From: Candidatus Poribacteria bacterium
Lineage (GTDB): Bacteria; Poribacteria; WGA-4E; PCPOR2b
NCBI GenBank assembly: GCA_965116925.1
Contig: OZ220744.1
Coordinates: 2,816,001-2,880,000, forward strand
DNA: 64,000 bases
Direction: 5' to 3'
The notes beneath the pieces were generated by a model. The model did not search any database and was not told the origin of the DNA. It saw only the letters and a list, made by a program, of their open reading frames with translations. Positions 36,725 through 46,456 of the stretch are shown piece by piece (the stretch's first letter is position 1; the number at the start of each line of letters is the position of its first letter). Made by a program: the position numbers and the translations under genes.

Positions 36725-37909
36725 CTACCCTCGCTGGAGACTCCACGGCATCGCCATGATTCGTTCCATGCCCTCCTCATCCAACGAAACCCCTAACCCC
36801 GGACCATCTGGCACCGGCACACATCCCTCATCGTCAAGCACGAAAGGTTCTTTGAAGTACCCTTTACCGATTAAGGTACGGGAGCCGTCGCGCGTGTCAT
36901 TTACTTCGTTGTGTTCCTGTACCAAGAAATTGGGCGTGCAAGCGTCTAGCTGGATTGACGCTGCCAGTGCAAGCGGACTGAGCGGACAGTGCAACGCTAG
37001 CTTGGCGTAGGCGGCTTCGCCCATCACCGCAATTTTGCGGCACTCCGTAATACCACCCGCGTGGCAGATGTCCGGCTGTAACACGGACAACGCACCGCGT
37101 GACAGTGCATCGAAGAAGATCCATTTGCCCATCCAACGTTCACCAGCGGCAATTGGAACGGTGGCGTTTTGTGTAATTTGGGCGAGCACGTCCACTCGTT
37201 CAACAGGCATCGGTTCTTCGACAAAAAGCGGTCGGTGCGGGGTAAGCACCTCAATGAGTTGTTTGGCGATCGCCGGATGCGGATTATGGATGTCTACAGC
37301 TACGTCAGCATTGGGTCCCGCCCCCTCGCACACAGCACCGAATTTTTCCCCAAACGCCTCCACCTGTGAAGTAATTGGTAAGTCAGTCCCCGGACCGAAA
37401 TGGACCTTCAGGCATCGGAAGCCCCATTCTTCGGTCAGTACCCGCGCTGCTTCCCTATAGGCTTCCGGCGAATCAGGTATCAGTGAGCTTTCCGGTGGTC
37501 TTCCAGCGCGGTAGGGTTGCCCCGGCTCCACACACCAAGGGAGCCCGCCGCCCGTCGCATGATACATACGAATTCGGTCGTGGCACGCACCGCCGAGCAT
37601 CTTGTGGATGGGCAGTCCTGCCGCTTTGCCCGCCAAGTCCCACAGCGCAATGTCAATCCCACTGATCGCACTCATCTTGATAGGTCCGCCCACATAGCCC
37701 TCGCCGTACATCAGATGCCATAGTTCTTCGACACGGCACGGGTCTTTCCCAATCAGCAGCGGCTCAAGCCGTTTAACTTCGGTGATGACGGTTTCGGAAT
37801 GGTTCTCAAGGTGGGGTTCGCCCAGCCCGGTCAGTTCGGTGTCGGTATGTATCCGCAACCAAACCCAACTCGGTGGCACTCGCAAAATTTCGAGTTCAGT
37901 GATTTTCAT
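36725..37909 (-). CDS. Galactonate-dehydratase-like enolase superfamily enzyme
   Basis: MKITELE start with AAGGAG RBS; SAISGIDIALWD, D.H, EEP, AGER, QPD. Confidence 0.9.
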   Translation of the reverse strand: MKITELEILRVPPSWVWLRIHTDTELTGLGEPHLENHSETVITEVKRLEPLLIGKDPCRVEELWHLMYGEGYVGGPIKMSAISGIDIALWDLAGKAAGLPIHKMLGGACHDRIRMYHATGGGLPWCVEPGQPYRAGRPPESSLIPDSPEAYREAARVLTEEWGFRCLKVHFGPGTDLPITSQVEAFGEKFGAVCEGAGPNADVAVDIHNPHPAIAKQLIEVLTPHRPLFVEEPMPVERVDVLAQITQNATVPIAAGERWMGKWIFFDALSRGALSVLQPDICHAGGITECRKIAVMGEAAYAKLALHCPLSPLALAASIQLDACTPNFLVQEHNEVNDTRDGSRTLIGKGYFKEPFVLDDEGCVPVPDGPGLGVSLDEEGMERIMAMPWSLQRG

Positions 37910-37934
37910 AGCTCTCCTTCGTGTTGTAACTATC

Positions 37935-39050
37935 TCAATGAGCCACAGAACCATCGGCATGGAAACTGCCGGTAATCTGCCTCGATTGGTAAGGGAAGTT
38001 CCCCAGCTTATCTTCGTTGATATCCAATCCAATACCCGGTTTGTCCGGGACAATAACATACCCACCATCTCGCTCAAGGGGGTGATCAACAATCTCGTTG
38101 AACGCGTCAGCACCGGTATGGCACTCATGTGTGAAAAAGTTGGGGATGGCTGCATCGAGTTGCACAAATGCGGCAAGGTTGACCGGACTCCCCATCAAGT
38201 GCGGGAAAATACCCACAAAGGAGGCTTCGGCGAGTGCTGCGATTTTTTTGCAGTGCGTGATGCCCCCTGCCAGTGAAACATCGGGACGGATGAGGCTGAC
38301 CGTTTTTTTATCGATGAGCTCTTTGAACTGTTGGATGTTGTAGAAACGCTCACCGGTCGCTATCGGAATGTGAACGTGCTGTGCAACATACTCCAACGCC
38401 TCAATGCTCTGCGGTGCGATTGGGTCCTCATAGTAAAGGATTCGGAACGGCGCAAGTTCACTGGCGAGAATGATTGCCTCATCCGGTGTCAGGTTTCGGT
38501 GAATCTCAAGCCCCAGATCAATATCGTTACCAACTGCCTCGCGGATGGTTCGGACAATCTCCACAGCCGTTGTAATCGCTTGGGTTGAAGTCCCCTTCTC
38601 CCAATTCGAGAAAAATGGGGTTGTTCGGAGCGAGATGTATCCCGCCTCGACATTTTGGATCGCGCTTTCTGCTCGTTCAGCCAGTGTATCTCCGCCAACA
38701 TTGTTAAAGACCTTGACCTTGTCCCGACACTTTCCGCCGAGCAGCTGATACACCGGCAGGTTGACCGATTTCCCCAATATGTCCCACAGTGCAACATCAA
38801 TGGCACTCATCGCAGCACTGATGGCAGCCCCCATGAAGTGGGAGTTTCTCGAAACCACCTGAAAATGATGCTCGATACGAGCGGGATCTTTGCCAACGTA
38901 GTATTCGCTCAGTTCAAGTATGGTTTCATGCACTGTTTTGTGATGTGCCCACAACCCGGCTTCACCATTGCCCACAATCCCTTCATCGGTGTAGACTCTA
39001 ACTAGCAGGAAGCCATCTACCAGAAACGGCGTTATCTTCTCAATTTTCAT
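37935..39050 (-). CDS. Galactonate-dehydratase-like enolase superfamily enzyme
   Basis: SAIDVALWDILGK, EDP, TGER, RPD, PGIG. Confidence 0.9.
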   Translation of the reverse strand: MKIEKITPFLVDGFLLVRVYTDEGIVGNGEAGLWAHHKTVHETILELSEYYVGKDPARIEHHFQVVSRNSHFMGAAISAAMSAIDVALWDILGKSVNLPVYQLLGGKCRDKVKVFNNVGGDTLAERAESAIQNVEAGYISLRTTPFFSNWEKGTSTQAITTAVEIVRTIREAVGNDIDLGLEIHRNLTPDEAIILASELAPFRILYYEDPIAPQSIEALEYVAQHVHIPIATGERFYNIQQFKELIDKKTVSLIRPDVSLAGGITHCKKIAALAEASFVGIFPHLMGSPVNLAAFVQLDAAIPNFFTHECHTGADAFNEIVDHPLERDGGYVIVPDKPGIGLDINEDKLGNFPYQSRQITGSFHADGSVAH

Positions 39051-39138
39051 TTCACAACCTTCCTCTCACTCTTAGTTCACGTTTCACGCATCACGTTTCA
39101 TGTTCTTGGTATTTTACACTTTCTTTTTATATGAGCCT

Positions 39139-39948
39139 CTATATCTTCGATGTCTTTACAATTTCATCGGTAGCATTTCGCGCATGAGTATAGCCATTGA
39201 TAAGAGCAGTAACATCGTGACAACAGTTGAGCCAGCGGGTGCCTTTCTCAACGACAGTCCGCATCGGTTCGCCCGGATCAACCGCCGTGCCCATTGTCTT
39301 TCCGTGAACGCGACACGCCTCACCCACCCTGTCGAAAGCCTCAAGCACGACCTCCCGCGTAATCGGGTGTCCCGGTTCGCGTTCTACGCCGTAGCTGTGT
39401 GCGAGATCACCGGGACCCACAAACAGTAGATCAATTCCCTCAACAGCAGCGATCGCTTCAACGTCGTCCACCCCTTCCTTGTCCTCGATCATCACACCGA
39501 GCAGCGTATTTTCGTTGGCTTGATCTAAGAACTCCCCGCGTTCAATCTGTCCAAATAGCGAGTCCCTACCACCACCCATACCGCGCAGACCGAGGGGGCG
39601 AAACTTTGCCATGCGGACAAACTGACGCGCCTCATCGGCACTTCTGCAGTGGGGCCAGATCAGACCACCGGCTCCCAGTTCCAATGTCTTCATGACCTGA
39701 TTGTAGGGACCGTGAGGGATACGAACAATGACATCAAGATCAACCGTTCGCGCAGCCAATACCATATTGGAAAGACCACCCAAATCAAGATGGCTATGCT
39801 CCATGTCTATCCACACGCAGCTGTATCCCGCCAGAGCTAGCACTTCTACAACAATTGGGTTGGATACCCGATTAATCTCAGGAACAGCAATAGTTTCACC
39901 CCTGAGAAGCGCGGCTTTTGTATGATTAACTTTGTATTGATTTATCAT
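39139..39948 (-). CDS. HpcH/HpaI aldolase
   Basis: WIDMEH, KFRPLGLRG, MIED, FVGPGDL. Confidence 0.9.
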   Translation of the reverse strand: MINQYKVNHTKAALLRGETIAVPEINRVSNPIVVEVLALAGYSCVWIDMEHSHLDLGGLSNMVLAARTVDLDVIVRIPHGPYNQVMKTLELGAGGLIWPHCRSADEARQFVRMAKFRPLGLRGMGGGRDSLFGQIERGEFLDQANENTLLGVMIEDKEGVDDVEAIAAVEGIDLLFVGPGDLAHSYGVEREPGHPITREVVLEAFDRVGEACRVHGKTMGTAVDPGEPMRTVVEKGTRWLNCCHDVTALINGYTHARNATDEIVKTSKI

Positions 39949-40008
39949 CTAGATTTCCTATCTTCAACGGTTGCGGTATCCGCACTATTAGCATAATACA
40001 ATCCGAAT

Positions 40009-41190
40009 TCAAGAGGCAGCGGCAACTGCAGCCGGAAATTTTGGCAAAACCTCTCTGCCAAACTTTTCTATATCCCGCCGGATTGCGCTCGGAGGGATCG
40101 CTAAAGCACCGGCACCTATCGTCACACGCTCTAGTCCGGGCAATCTTTCCTGAATCCCTGAAATCTTTTCAAAAACGTGCTCAGGTGGGCCGCATATCCA
40201 TCCACCACCACTCACCAGATCATGAACGGTTGGAAGGCCAGCCAGCGGTGCTTTCTCTGGATCGAAAGTCGCTTGAATCTGTCCCTCAGTGAGCGTAGGC
40301 ATTCTTCCCAACGGTGCCAGCACCTTGAGTTGTTCCTCAAACCAGACAGTCGCCTCCTGAATTGCCTTCTCTTCGGTATCAGCGATATGTATTTGTAGGA
40401 CAAGTGCCAAGCCCTCACCGAGTTCCGTGGCGCGTCCGGCGCGTAAATGCGCTTCACCCCACTTTTCAGCAATTTCATAAACTCGTGGACCTCCGGGGAC
40501 GACGCCCTTGATACCGTGCTTAACCATAAAGTCGATACCCCGCGGACTCGCGCTGAAGATGGGTTGCCAGCATTCCACAGGCAGATTGAAGGGACGAGGC
40601 ACAAGTGTTATTTCCTCCAACTCCTGTCCCCGGTTGAGAACCCGCGCCGGCAGGTCGTAGTGCTCCCCACGATGAGAGAAAGATTGCTCATTCCACGCCT
40701 TGAAAATAATCTCGACCTGCTCCTCAAACAGTTCGCGGTTTGCCGAGTCATCCTCAAGCGGCGATCCCAGTGTTTCTACCTCCCGTGGGATGTAACCCCG
40801 ACCGATGCCGAATCTGACACGCCCCTTTGTAAGGATGTCCGCCATGGCAAAGTCTTCAGCCAATCGAAGCGGGTGCCATGCGGGGATGGTATTAAAAAAG
40901 CCGCCGAACTTGAGCCGCTCGGTATTCTGTGCGAGATAAAGACTGAGCATCGGTATGTTCGGAATCCCGCCGTAACCTTCACGCTGAAAGTGGTGCTCAG
41001 CGAGCCACAGGGTGTCAAAATTCAATTTGTCCATTAACTGAGCGATCGCCTGCGATTCGTCGAAAACAGAGGCGAGGTGCGCGTCCGATTCTATTCTATC
41101 GTCAACACGGAGGCCCTGGAAACCCATGTTATCCATCTCCACATGCCCTCCGTAGAAGTAATCAAATTTGGTTATCATTTGCTTCTCCAA
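40009..41190 (-). CDS. Luciferase-like (LLM class) flavin-dependent oxidoreductase
   Basis: WLAEHHF, HPLRLAED.A.AD.LTKGR..FGIGRG. Confidence 0.92.
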   Translation of the reverse strand: MEKQMITKFDYFYGGHVEMDNMGFQGLRVDDRIESDAHLASVFDESQAIAQLMDKLNFDTLWLAEHHFQREGYGGIPNIPMLSLYLAQNTERLKFGGFFNTIPAWHPLRLAEDFAMADILTKGRVRFGIGRGYIPREVETLGSPLEDDSANRELFEEQVEIIFKAWNEQSFSHRGEHYDLPARVLNRGQELEEITLVPRPFNLPVECWQPIFSASPRGIDFMVKHGIKGVVPGGPRVYEIAEKWGEAHLRAGRATELGEGLALVLQIHIADTEEKAIQEATVWFEEQLKVLAPLGRMPTLTEGQIQATFDPEKAPLAGLPTVHDLVSGGGWICGPPEHVFEKISGIQERLPGLERVTIGAGALAIPPSAIRRDIEKFGREVLPKFPAAVAAAS

Positions 41191-41494
41191 CTCTATCGTT
41201 TCACGTTCAAATCACCCCGTGGTCCTTCCAAGTTCCTGTACCACCGGGTCACAATCACCAGACCTGATTGCCATTTTTTGGCTTTATTCGTGCGCCATTT
41301 TACCCCTTCCTTATTCTTCCGTCAATAACAATTTCTTTCGACCAGTTCAAGGACTGTAAGAGATAAAACTAGGTATTGAAAATCTAGATGGCGGTGATGT
41401 ATAATAACCCAAGTTGCAACTTACCTGTTAGAAAAGCCGGAGTTTTCGCCCGTTTTTTACGGGACAACACTTTAATTTACTGACACACTCACAA

Positions 41495-43114
41495 ATGGCC
41501 AAAGTTGATACACTCCTCAAACTCATTGCTTATCAAAAGCAACACCCCCAAGCCAGCGATGCAGAGATCGCCGAAGGAATTGGAATGTCACTGAGGCATG
41601 TCAGACGCTGCAAAAAAGAGGTTAATCTTCTCAAACACCAGTTGACGGAACCTGCCTTGCAATCGGGAGAAATCCAATTTCTATTATCATTGCTGAATCG
41701 ACAGGAGCCCAATCAGAAAGAGATTGCCCAACGCCTTCAGAAGCAAATCGGTGTATCTTGCACCGGAAGCCTTCGTATCAAGCACCCCGATGAGCAGGTG
41801 CCTCTAAACTGGCTCGAAATCGGCGAATTAGCAGATATCAAAATGGAATCTGTAGACCGTCCAGACCCGCTGATGAATTTCTGGCTTCAGTACCTATGCT
41901 ATGATCCCCTGCTGATGTCCCACCAAAACGGGGAAATCGAAGAACGACTTGCAATCAGTTGCGAGGCAGTGAAAGGACATTCAGAGTGGCAGCTGACCTT
42001 GAGAAAGGACCTCCGCTGGAGCGATGGAAAGCCGATTACCTTCGAGGAGGTCATCGAGGCGTTTTCCGCAAGCCGTATCGCTCCGATTATCGCAGAAATT
42101 AAACCTGATGGTAAGACACGACTCCGCATCGGACTGTCTCGAGAAGAACCGCTATTTCCACTCCATCTGCGCAGCATCTTTCCACTCCCCTCTCACTCGT
42201 CACAACCCTACCAAGTGGTCTCCGGTGCTTATCAATTAAAGCGTTTCTCTTCCGAGACCATGACCCTTCACTTTGCGTGGAATCCGGATTACTATCGCGG
42301 CGAGGATCCTTGTATCGACTGGTTGAGCGTGAAGCGTTTCACACGAACCGCCAATGCCATTAAAGCAATCGAAGAGGGAACGATTGATCTGCTCTATTTC
42401 TCTGCCTATGCGTTACAACCTCTCTACCAATTTTCAACGACGGTGCCCTGTCAACAGTGGCCCTTTTTCGAAGACAATTACTATGCCCTATTTCTCAACT
42501 GTCGCCACGGTCCACTATCGGACAAACGGAACTGCACTTTGCTTAAAGATGCCATTGATTATCGAGCAATCAACTTCTATCTTCGTATGGGCGAAGTCGC
42601 TGAGGAAGCGAAGGTTACACAGCCTTCTCAACCCCTTGATATTCGGGTAGCCAGTTCGAGGTTAGATCACCCTGGGGCGGGGGTGTTGCACTACTTGGCT
42701 CATTCGATTGGCCAGTCAGTAGGTTCCTCTGTGGCGAATCCCATCCATGTTAGAGGAGAGATGCAGGAAGAGGCGGAGGCCTTTTTAACTCAAGTCTTTT
42801 TTGGTTTGGAGTACAGCAACCTGTCACGATTCTTCCATTCCGATGGGATACACAATTTCTTTGGATACACCAATCCCCAAGTTGACGCGCTGCTATCTCA
42901 ACTTGACCAAACAGCGAACATGGCGGCAAGAAGGAGGATTGGCAGACGGGTGCTGTCCTTGCTGCAAGAAGATTTTGCGTTAATTCTGTTGGCACCCTGT
43001 TTTGAATACGCATTCTCGCCATTAGAAATCCAGTTCGACGATAATCTCACCACTCTCCTCGACTTGATTCAAAATATGAGCCAAGTTACTGTTGAACGTC
43101 ACCGGTCCGGTTGA
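41495..43114 (+). CDS. HTH plus family-5 solute-binding domain fusion (SgrR-like architecture)
   Basis: SDAEIAEGIGMSLRHVRR HTH, no signal peptide; LRKDLRWSDGKPIT, NPDYY and YTNPQVDALL SBP_bac_5 motifs. Confidence 0.75.
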   Translation: MAKVDTLLKLIAYQKQHPQASDAEIAEGIGMSLRHVRRCKKEVNLLKHQLTEPALQSGEIQFLLSLLNRQEPNQKEIAQRLQKQIGVSCTGSLRIKHPDEQVPLNWLEIGELADIKMESVDRPDPLMNFWLQYLCYDPLLMSHQNGEIEERLAISCEAVKGHSEWQLTLRKDLRWSDGKPITFEEVIEAFSASRIAPIIAEIKPDGKTRLRIGLSREEPLFPLHLRSIFPLPSHSSQPYQVVSGAYQLKRFSSETMTLHFAWNPDYYRGEDPCIDWLSVKRFTRTANAIKAIEEGTIDLLYFSAYALQPLYQFSTTVPCQQWPFFEDNYYALFLNCRHGPLSDKRNCTLLKDAIDYRAINFYLRMGEVAEEAKVTQPSQPLDIRVASSRLDHPGAGVLHYLAHSIGQSVGSSVANPIHVRGEMQEEAEAFLTQVFFGLEYSNLSRFFHSDGIHNFFGYTNPQVDALLSQLDQTANMAARRRIGRRVLSLLQEDFALILLAPCFEYAFSPLEIQFDDNLTTLLDLIQNMSQVTVERHRSG

Positions 43115-43576
43115 GCAATCACCCCATTGTACTAGTATTTGAACGACCACAACGGTTCTTCTTAACCGTACCCGTCACCTTCCATCGCAGTATCAATCTA
43201 TTCCTCAATTAACAAAAAAGATAATGTCTGTTGAACTCACTTCTGCCTGACTTCGTTTACGGAGTGTGGAGTTGATTTAACCTCAGTCAAAGAAGGGCTT
43301 TAGACTATCAATTCAAAGTTGACAAATCACTCTCAACCGATTTATCGCCCGTTTTTGATGGGTAAGGACATATCACGTCCTTACCCCTTAAAAGTGACTG
43401 GACTTTTTGTGTAGTTGACTGATATTCTTATAATCACAGTAAAGGTAGATATGAATCTGTGTTGAAAATCCATCCCGACCGCGTCCGAGTGCTTGTGAGG
43501 CTTGCCGCCCCACTTGCTTTCAATGCACTTGCAGCTTCGATGGTATCGGTGAAAACATTTGCTATGGAGGAAGACA

Positions 43577-44764
43577 ATGACTAAGACTTTAACTCTCATT
43601 ACGCTAACATGGCTAGGCTTAATCATGTTTGTATCTGGTTGTGGGGAAGATGAACCGGAAACCCCAACTCAGAATCAAATCCCGATCGAGCCTCAGCTTG
43701 TCGTTTTTACATCAGATATCGAAATTTTAGCAGACGCGCATGTCAAAGGTGATGCCAGCCAATTCCAACGAGCCTCGGACGATATTTCCGTCAAATGGGA
43801 CTGGGGAGATGGGCAGCAGACACCCTACAGTCATAACCTCGTTGCGGAACATACCTACAGAGCCGAAGGTGAATATCTCATCACTTTGACTGTCCGAGAT
43901 AATGCTTCTACATCTGTCATTACCACGCAGCAAAAAACCGCCACTGTCGCAATTAAGACGGAGATTGTTTCGGAAACGGATGGGGCAACCATGCGCCTAA
44001 TCCCCGCTGGAGAATTTCAGATGGGCAATGCTTTCTTTGACGAAGATCTCTTCAAAAGAGAACGTATCCTTAACGAGGGCTTACCCCACGAAGCACCTAT
44101 CCATACTGTTGTAGTGGATGCGTTTTATATGGATGTAACCGAGGTGACCAACGCTATGTATCGGCGATTTGTTGAAGAAACGGGGCATAGGGAGCCTCGT
44201 GACATCCTCCACAAGCCCAGCTATCCGCCCAGCTATCCGGTCTTCGGGATTTCTTGGCACGATGCGATGGCTTATGCACAATGGGCGGGAAAACGACTGC
44301 CTACTGAAGCCGAATGGGAGTATGCAGCACGCGGTGGGTTGGTCGGGGTGCGGTATCCGTGGGGCAATAAAATTACCCATAATGACGCCAATTATGCGGG
44401 GATAGGAGATAGAGATCAGTGGGGAACCACGGCTCCCGTTGGAAGTTTTCCGCCCAATGGTTACGGTTTGTACGATATGGCGGGCAATGTCTGGGAATGG
44501 TGCCTTGATGCGTATGATGCGGAGTTCTATGCCAATAGTCCAAGAATCAATCCCATCTCAGGAGGACCCATCGAACAAATTGTCGAGAATTTCCGGGAGG
44601 ATATAACCCCTCGCGTATCACGAGGCGGATCATTTCAAGTCGGCAAGAGTTTCCTGCGGGTCTCCCATCGGAACCTCAGAAATAAAGCGGGTTTTTTGTG
44701 GTTTGACAGAGGCTTTCGCTGCGTAAAGCCTCTGGGACCTGAATTACAAAAATTACAAAAATAG
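43577..44764 (+). CDS. Lipoprotein with PKD and FGE-sulfatase (SUMF1/EgtB-like) domains
   Basis: Lipobox VSGC; WDWGDG PKD; RLPTEAEWEYAARGG, GLYDMAGNVWEW, GFRC. Confidence 0.9.
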   Translation: MTKTLTLITLTWLGLIMFVSGCGEDEPETPTQNQIPIEPQLVVFTSDIEILADAHVKGDASQFQRASDDISVKWDWGDGQQTPYSHNLVAEHTYRAEGEYLITLTVRDNASTSVITTQQKTATVAIKTEIVSETDGATMRLIPAGEFQMGNAFFDEDLFKRERILNEGLPHEAPIHTVVVDAFYMDVTEVTNAMYRRFVEETGHREPRDILHKPSYPPSYPVFGISWHDAMAYAQWAGKRLPTEAEWEYAARGGLVGVRYPWGNKITHNDANYAGIGDRDQWGTTAPVGSFPPNGYGLYDMAGNVWEWCLDAYDAEFYANSPRINPISGGPIEQIVENFREDITPRVSRGGSFQVGKSFLRVSHRNLRNKAGFLWFDRGFRCVKPLGPELQKLQK

Positions 44765-44785
44765 TTATCGGGCTGTATTCTATCG

Positions 44786-44919
44786 CTAGGGCGTGTTGAC
44801 ATTTAACGGTCCGTAGGTTGGGTTGAACGGTTAAACGGCAATCCCTATCAACTACAATAGAGGTTCGGTCGTCCAACAACACCCGTTTATGGACAGATAG
44901 AGTGAAACCCAACTCCGTT
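44786..44919. repeat. CTAGGGCGTGTTGACA MITE end plus a GTAGGTTGGGTTGAAC element
   Basis: Reverse complement of the ends at about 14886 and 17794; body matches 17529-17635. Confidence 0.8.
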
Positions 44920-45112
44920 TGTCAAGTGAAAGTTAAACGACTCAAAAAAATAAATCGTCTTAATTTTTCGATGAAGTTTTTAGCAACATTGGGGTTATAT
45001 TAGAATTGTTAATGATAAATTCTGAAACCCAGGAACTGATCGCACTATAATTCTTTTCCAATTTTTTTCTCTCAACCTATTAACCAATCAACCTAAAAGG
45101 AGGTTATAAGAG

Positions 45113-45487
45113 ATGTTTTACCATACAGGACAGAAACGCACACCAGCGTTGAATCCGATGACAGAGAGAGCGACCGAGTCAACACCGGGAAACTCCCTCA
45201 CATCCGCCGCGCGAGACACAGCGCGCCCTCATACAGGCACCGGATCTGAGGAACAGACCGAGACACCACATAATCCCGCCGGTCACAGGGTTATCCCTGA
45301 TCTATCAAAGGGATTTAGCTTGGCTCAATTCTCAGTCACTCAGGGAAACACAGATTGGGGGTTCAGGACGGCTCCCCTAACGTTTTTATCGCCAAAGGAG
45401 GCGACAAGTGACAGGTATTTCAACACCCGATTTTGGACCAGAGAACGATTACGAGAAAGGCATAGGCTACGACAAGATTCCGGCTGA
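45113..45487 (+). CDS. Possible hypothetical ORF upstream of the ECF sigma factor
   Basis: Strong AAGGAGG upstream, but low-complexity product with no recognisable motif. Confidence 0.3.
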   Translation: MFYHTGQKRTPALNPMTERATESTPGNSLTSAARDTARPHTGTGSEEQTETPHNPAGHRVIPDLSKGFSLAQFSVTQGNTDWGFRTAPLTFLSPKEATSDRYFNTRFWTRERLRERHRLRQDSG

Positions 45488-45599
45488 ATTGGCAGGTGAC
45501 TCCGAAGCAGAGGGGTCTGATTGTATTCGCTCAATCAGATCGGACGCTTCGCTGGGTTCGACCTGCCGTGCAACGAGGAGAAATCCGAAGGAGACGAGC

Positions 45600-46187
45600 G
45601 TGAGACGATCCGATGAAGATCTAATGTTATCCGTCAAAGAAGGAAATAGCGCAGCATTTGAAACATTAACCAAACGTCATTACACAAACACATTAAACTT
45701 TATTTATCGTTTCGTAAACAATCGTATGCTCGCGGAGGATCTGTGTCAAGAAACGTTTTTGCGCCTTTGGCGCAGCGCACCGACCTATCAACCGCTTGCG
45801 AAGTTCACCACTTTCCTTTATCACATTGCAAAGAATGTCTGTTTGAAACAGATTGCAAAAGATCAACGAACTCCTTACACATCCTCGCTGGAGGCTCCCG
45901 TCCCTAATGATAGCGGCGGTGATTACAACCTATCAGAAGAGATTGCAGACAACCGATATTTGCCGGAGGAGACAACCATTGCTAGAGAGGCTGATGAAGC
46001 CATCCGGTCAGCAATTGGTGATCTGTCCGACGAGCATCGGTTAGTTTTTGTTTTAACAGAGTTGCAAGGGTTATCATATCAAGAAGTTGCTGAGATTGCC
46101 CGATGCCCTGTTGGTACTGTTGCTTCTCGGAAAAATGCAGCAGTCCGACAGCTCCAAAGGAGATTACATAAGCACTTAAATTCATAG
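45600..46187 (+). CDS. ECF sigma factor (sigma70 group 4)
   Basis: AAGGAG plus GTG; SDEDLM, AEDLCQETFL, FTTFLYHIAKN, GLSYQEVAEI..CPVGTVASR. Confidence 0.92.
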   Translation: MRRSDEDLMLSVKEGNSAAFETLTKRHYTNTLNFIYRFVNNRMLAEDLCQETFLRLWRSAPTYQPLAKFTTFLYHIAKNVCLKQIAKDQRTPYTSSLEAPVPNDSGGDYNLSEEIADNRYLPEETTIAREADEAIRSAIGDLSDEHRLVFVLTELQGLSYQEVAEIARCPVGTVASRKNAAVRQLQRRLHKHLNS

Positions 46188-46281
46188 CTAGAAATAGCCA
46201 AAATTCCCCAAGATGGATATTTACCCCTCAACTTTGATAGGGAATGAGGGGAGGTCATGTTCATCGTGAAGACTGGCTCCA

Positions 46282-46324
46282 GCCCCTATATCAATTCAAG
46301 CTGAATTGGTATAGGGGCATTTTT
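46282..46324 (+). terminator. Intrinsic terminator-like hairpin
   Basis: GCCCCTATATCAATTCA...TGAATTGGTATAGGGGC followed by ATTTT. Confidence 0.65.
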
Positions 46325-46456
46325 ATTGCTCAAAAGCACAAGCGGTAAAATTTTCAGTTCAATTTTTCCGAACAAACGCTATTGCTGTTTGCCTAATACC
46401 AGTAAACGTGCATATAATGAAGACTTAAACTGCAAACATCCAGCGAGGAAAAATCA

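Noticed and set aside
37910..38176. N-terminal extension of the 483-aa ORF
   Set aside because: It overlaps the upstream dehydratase; the RBS and family start are at 37909.
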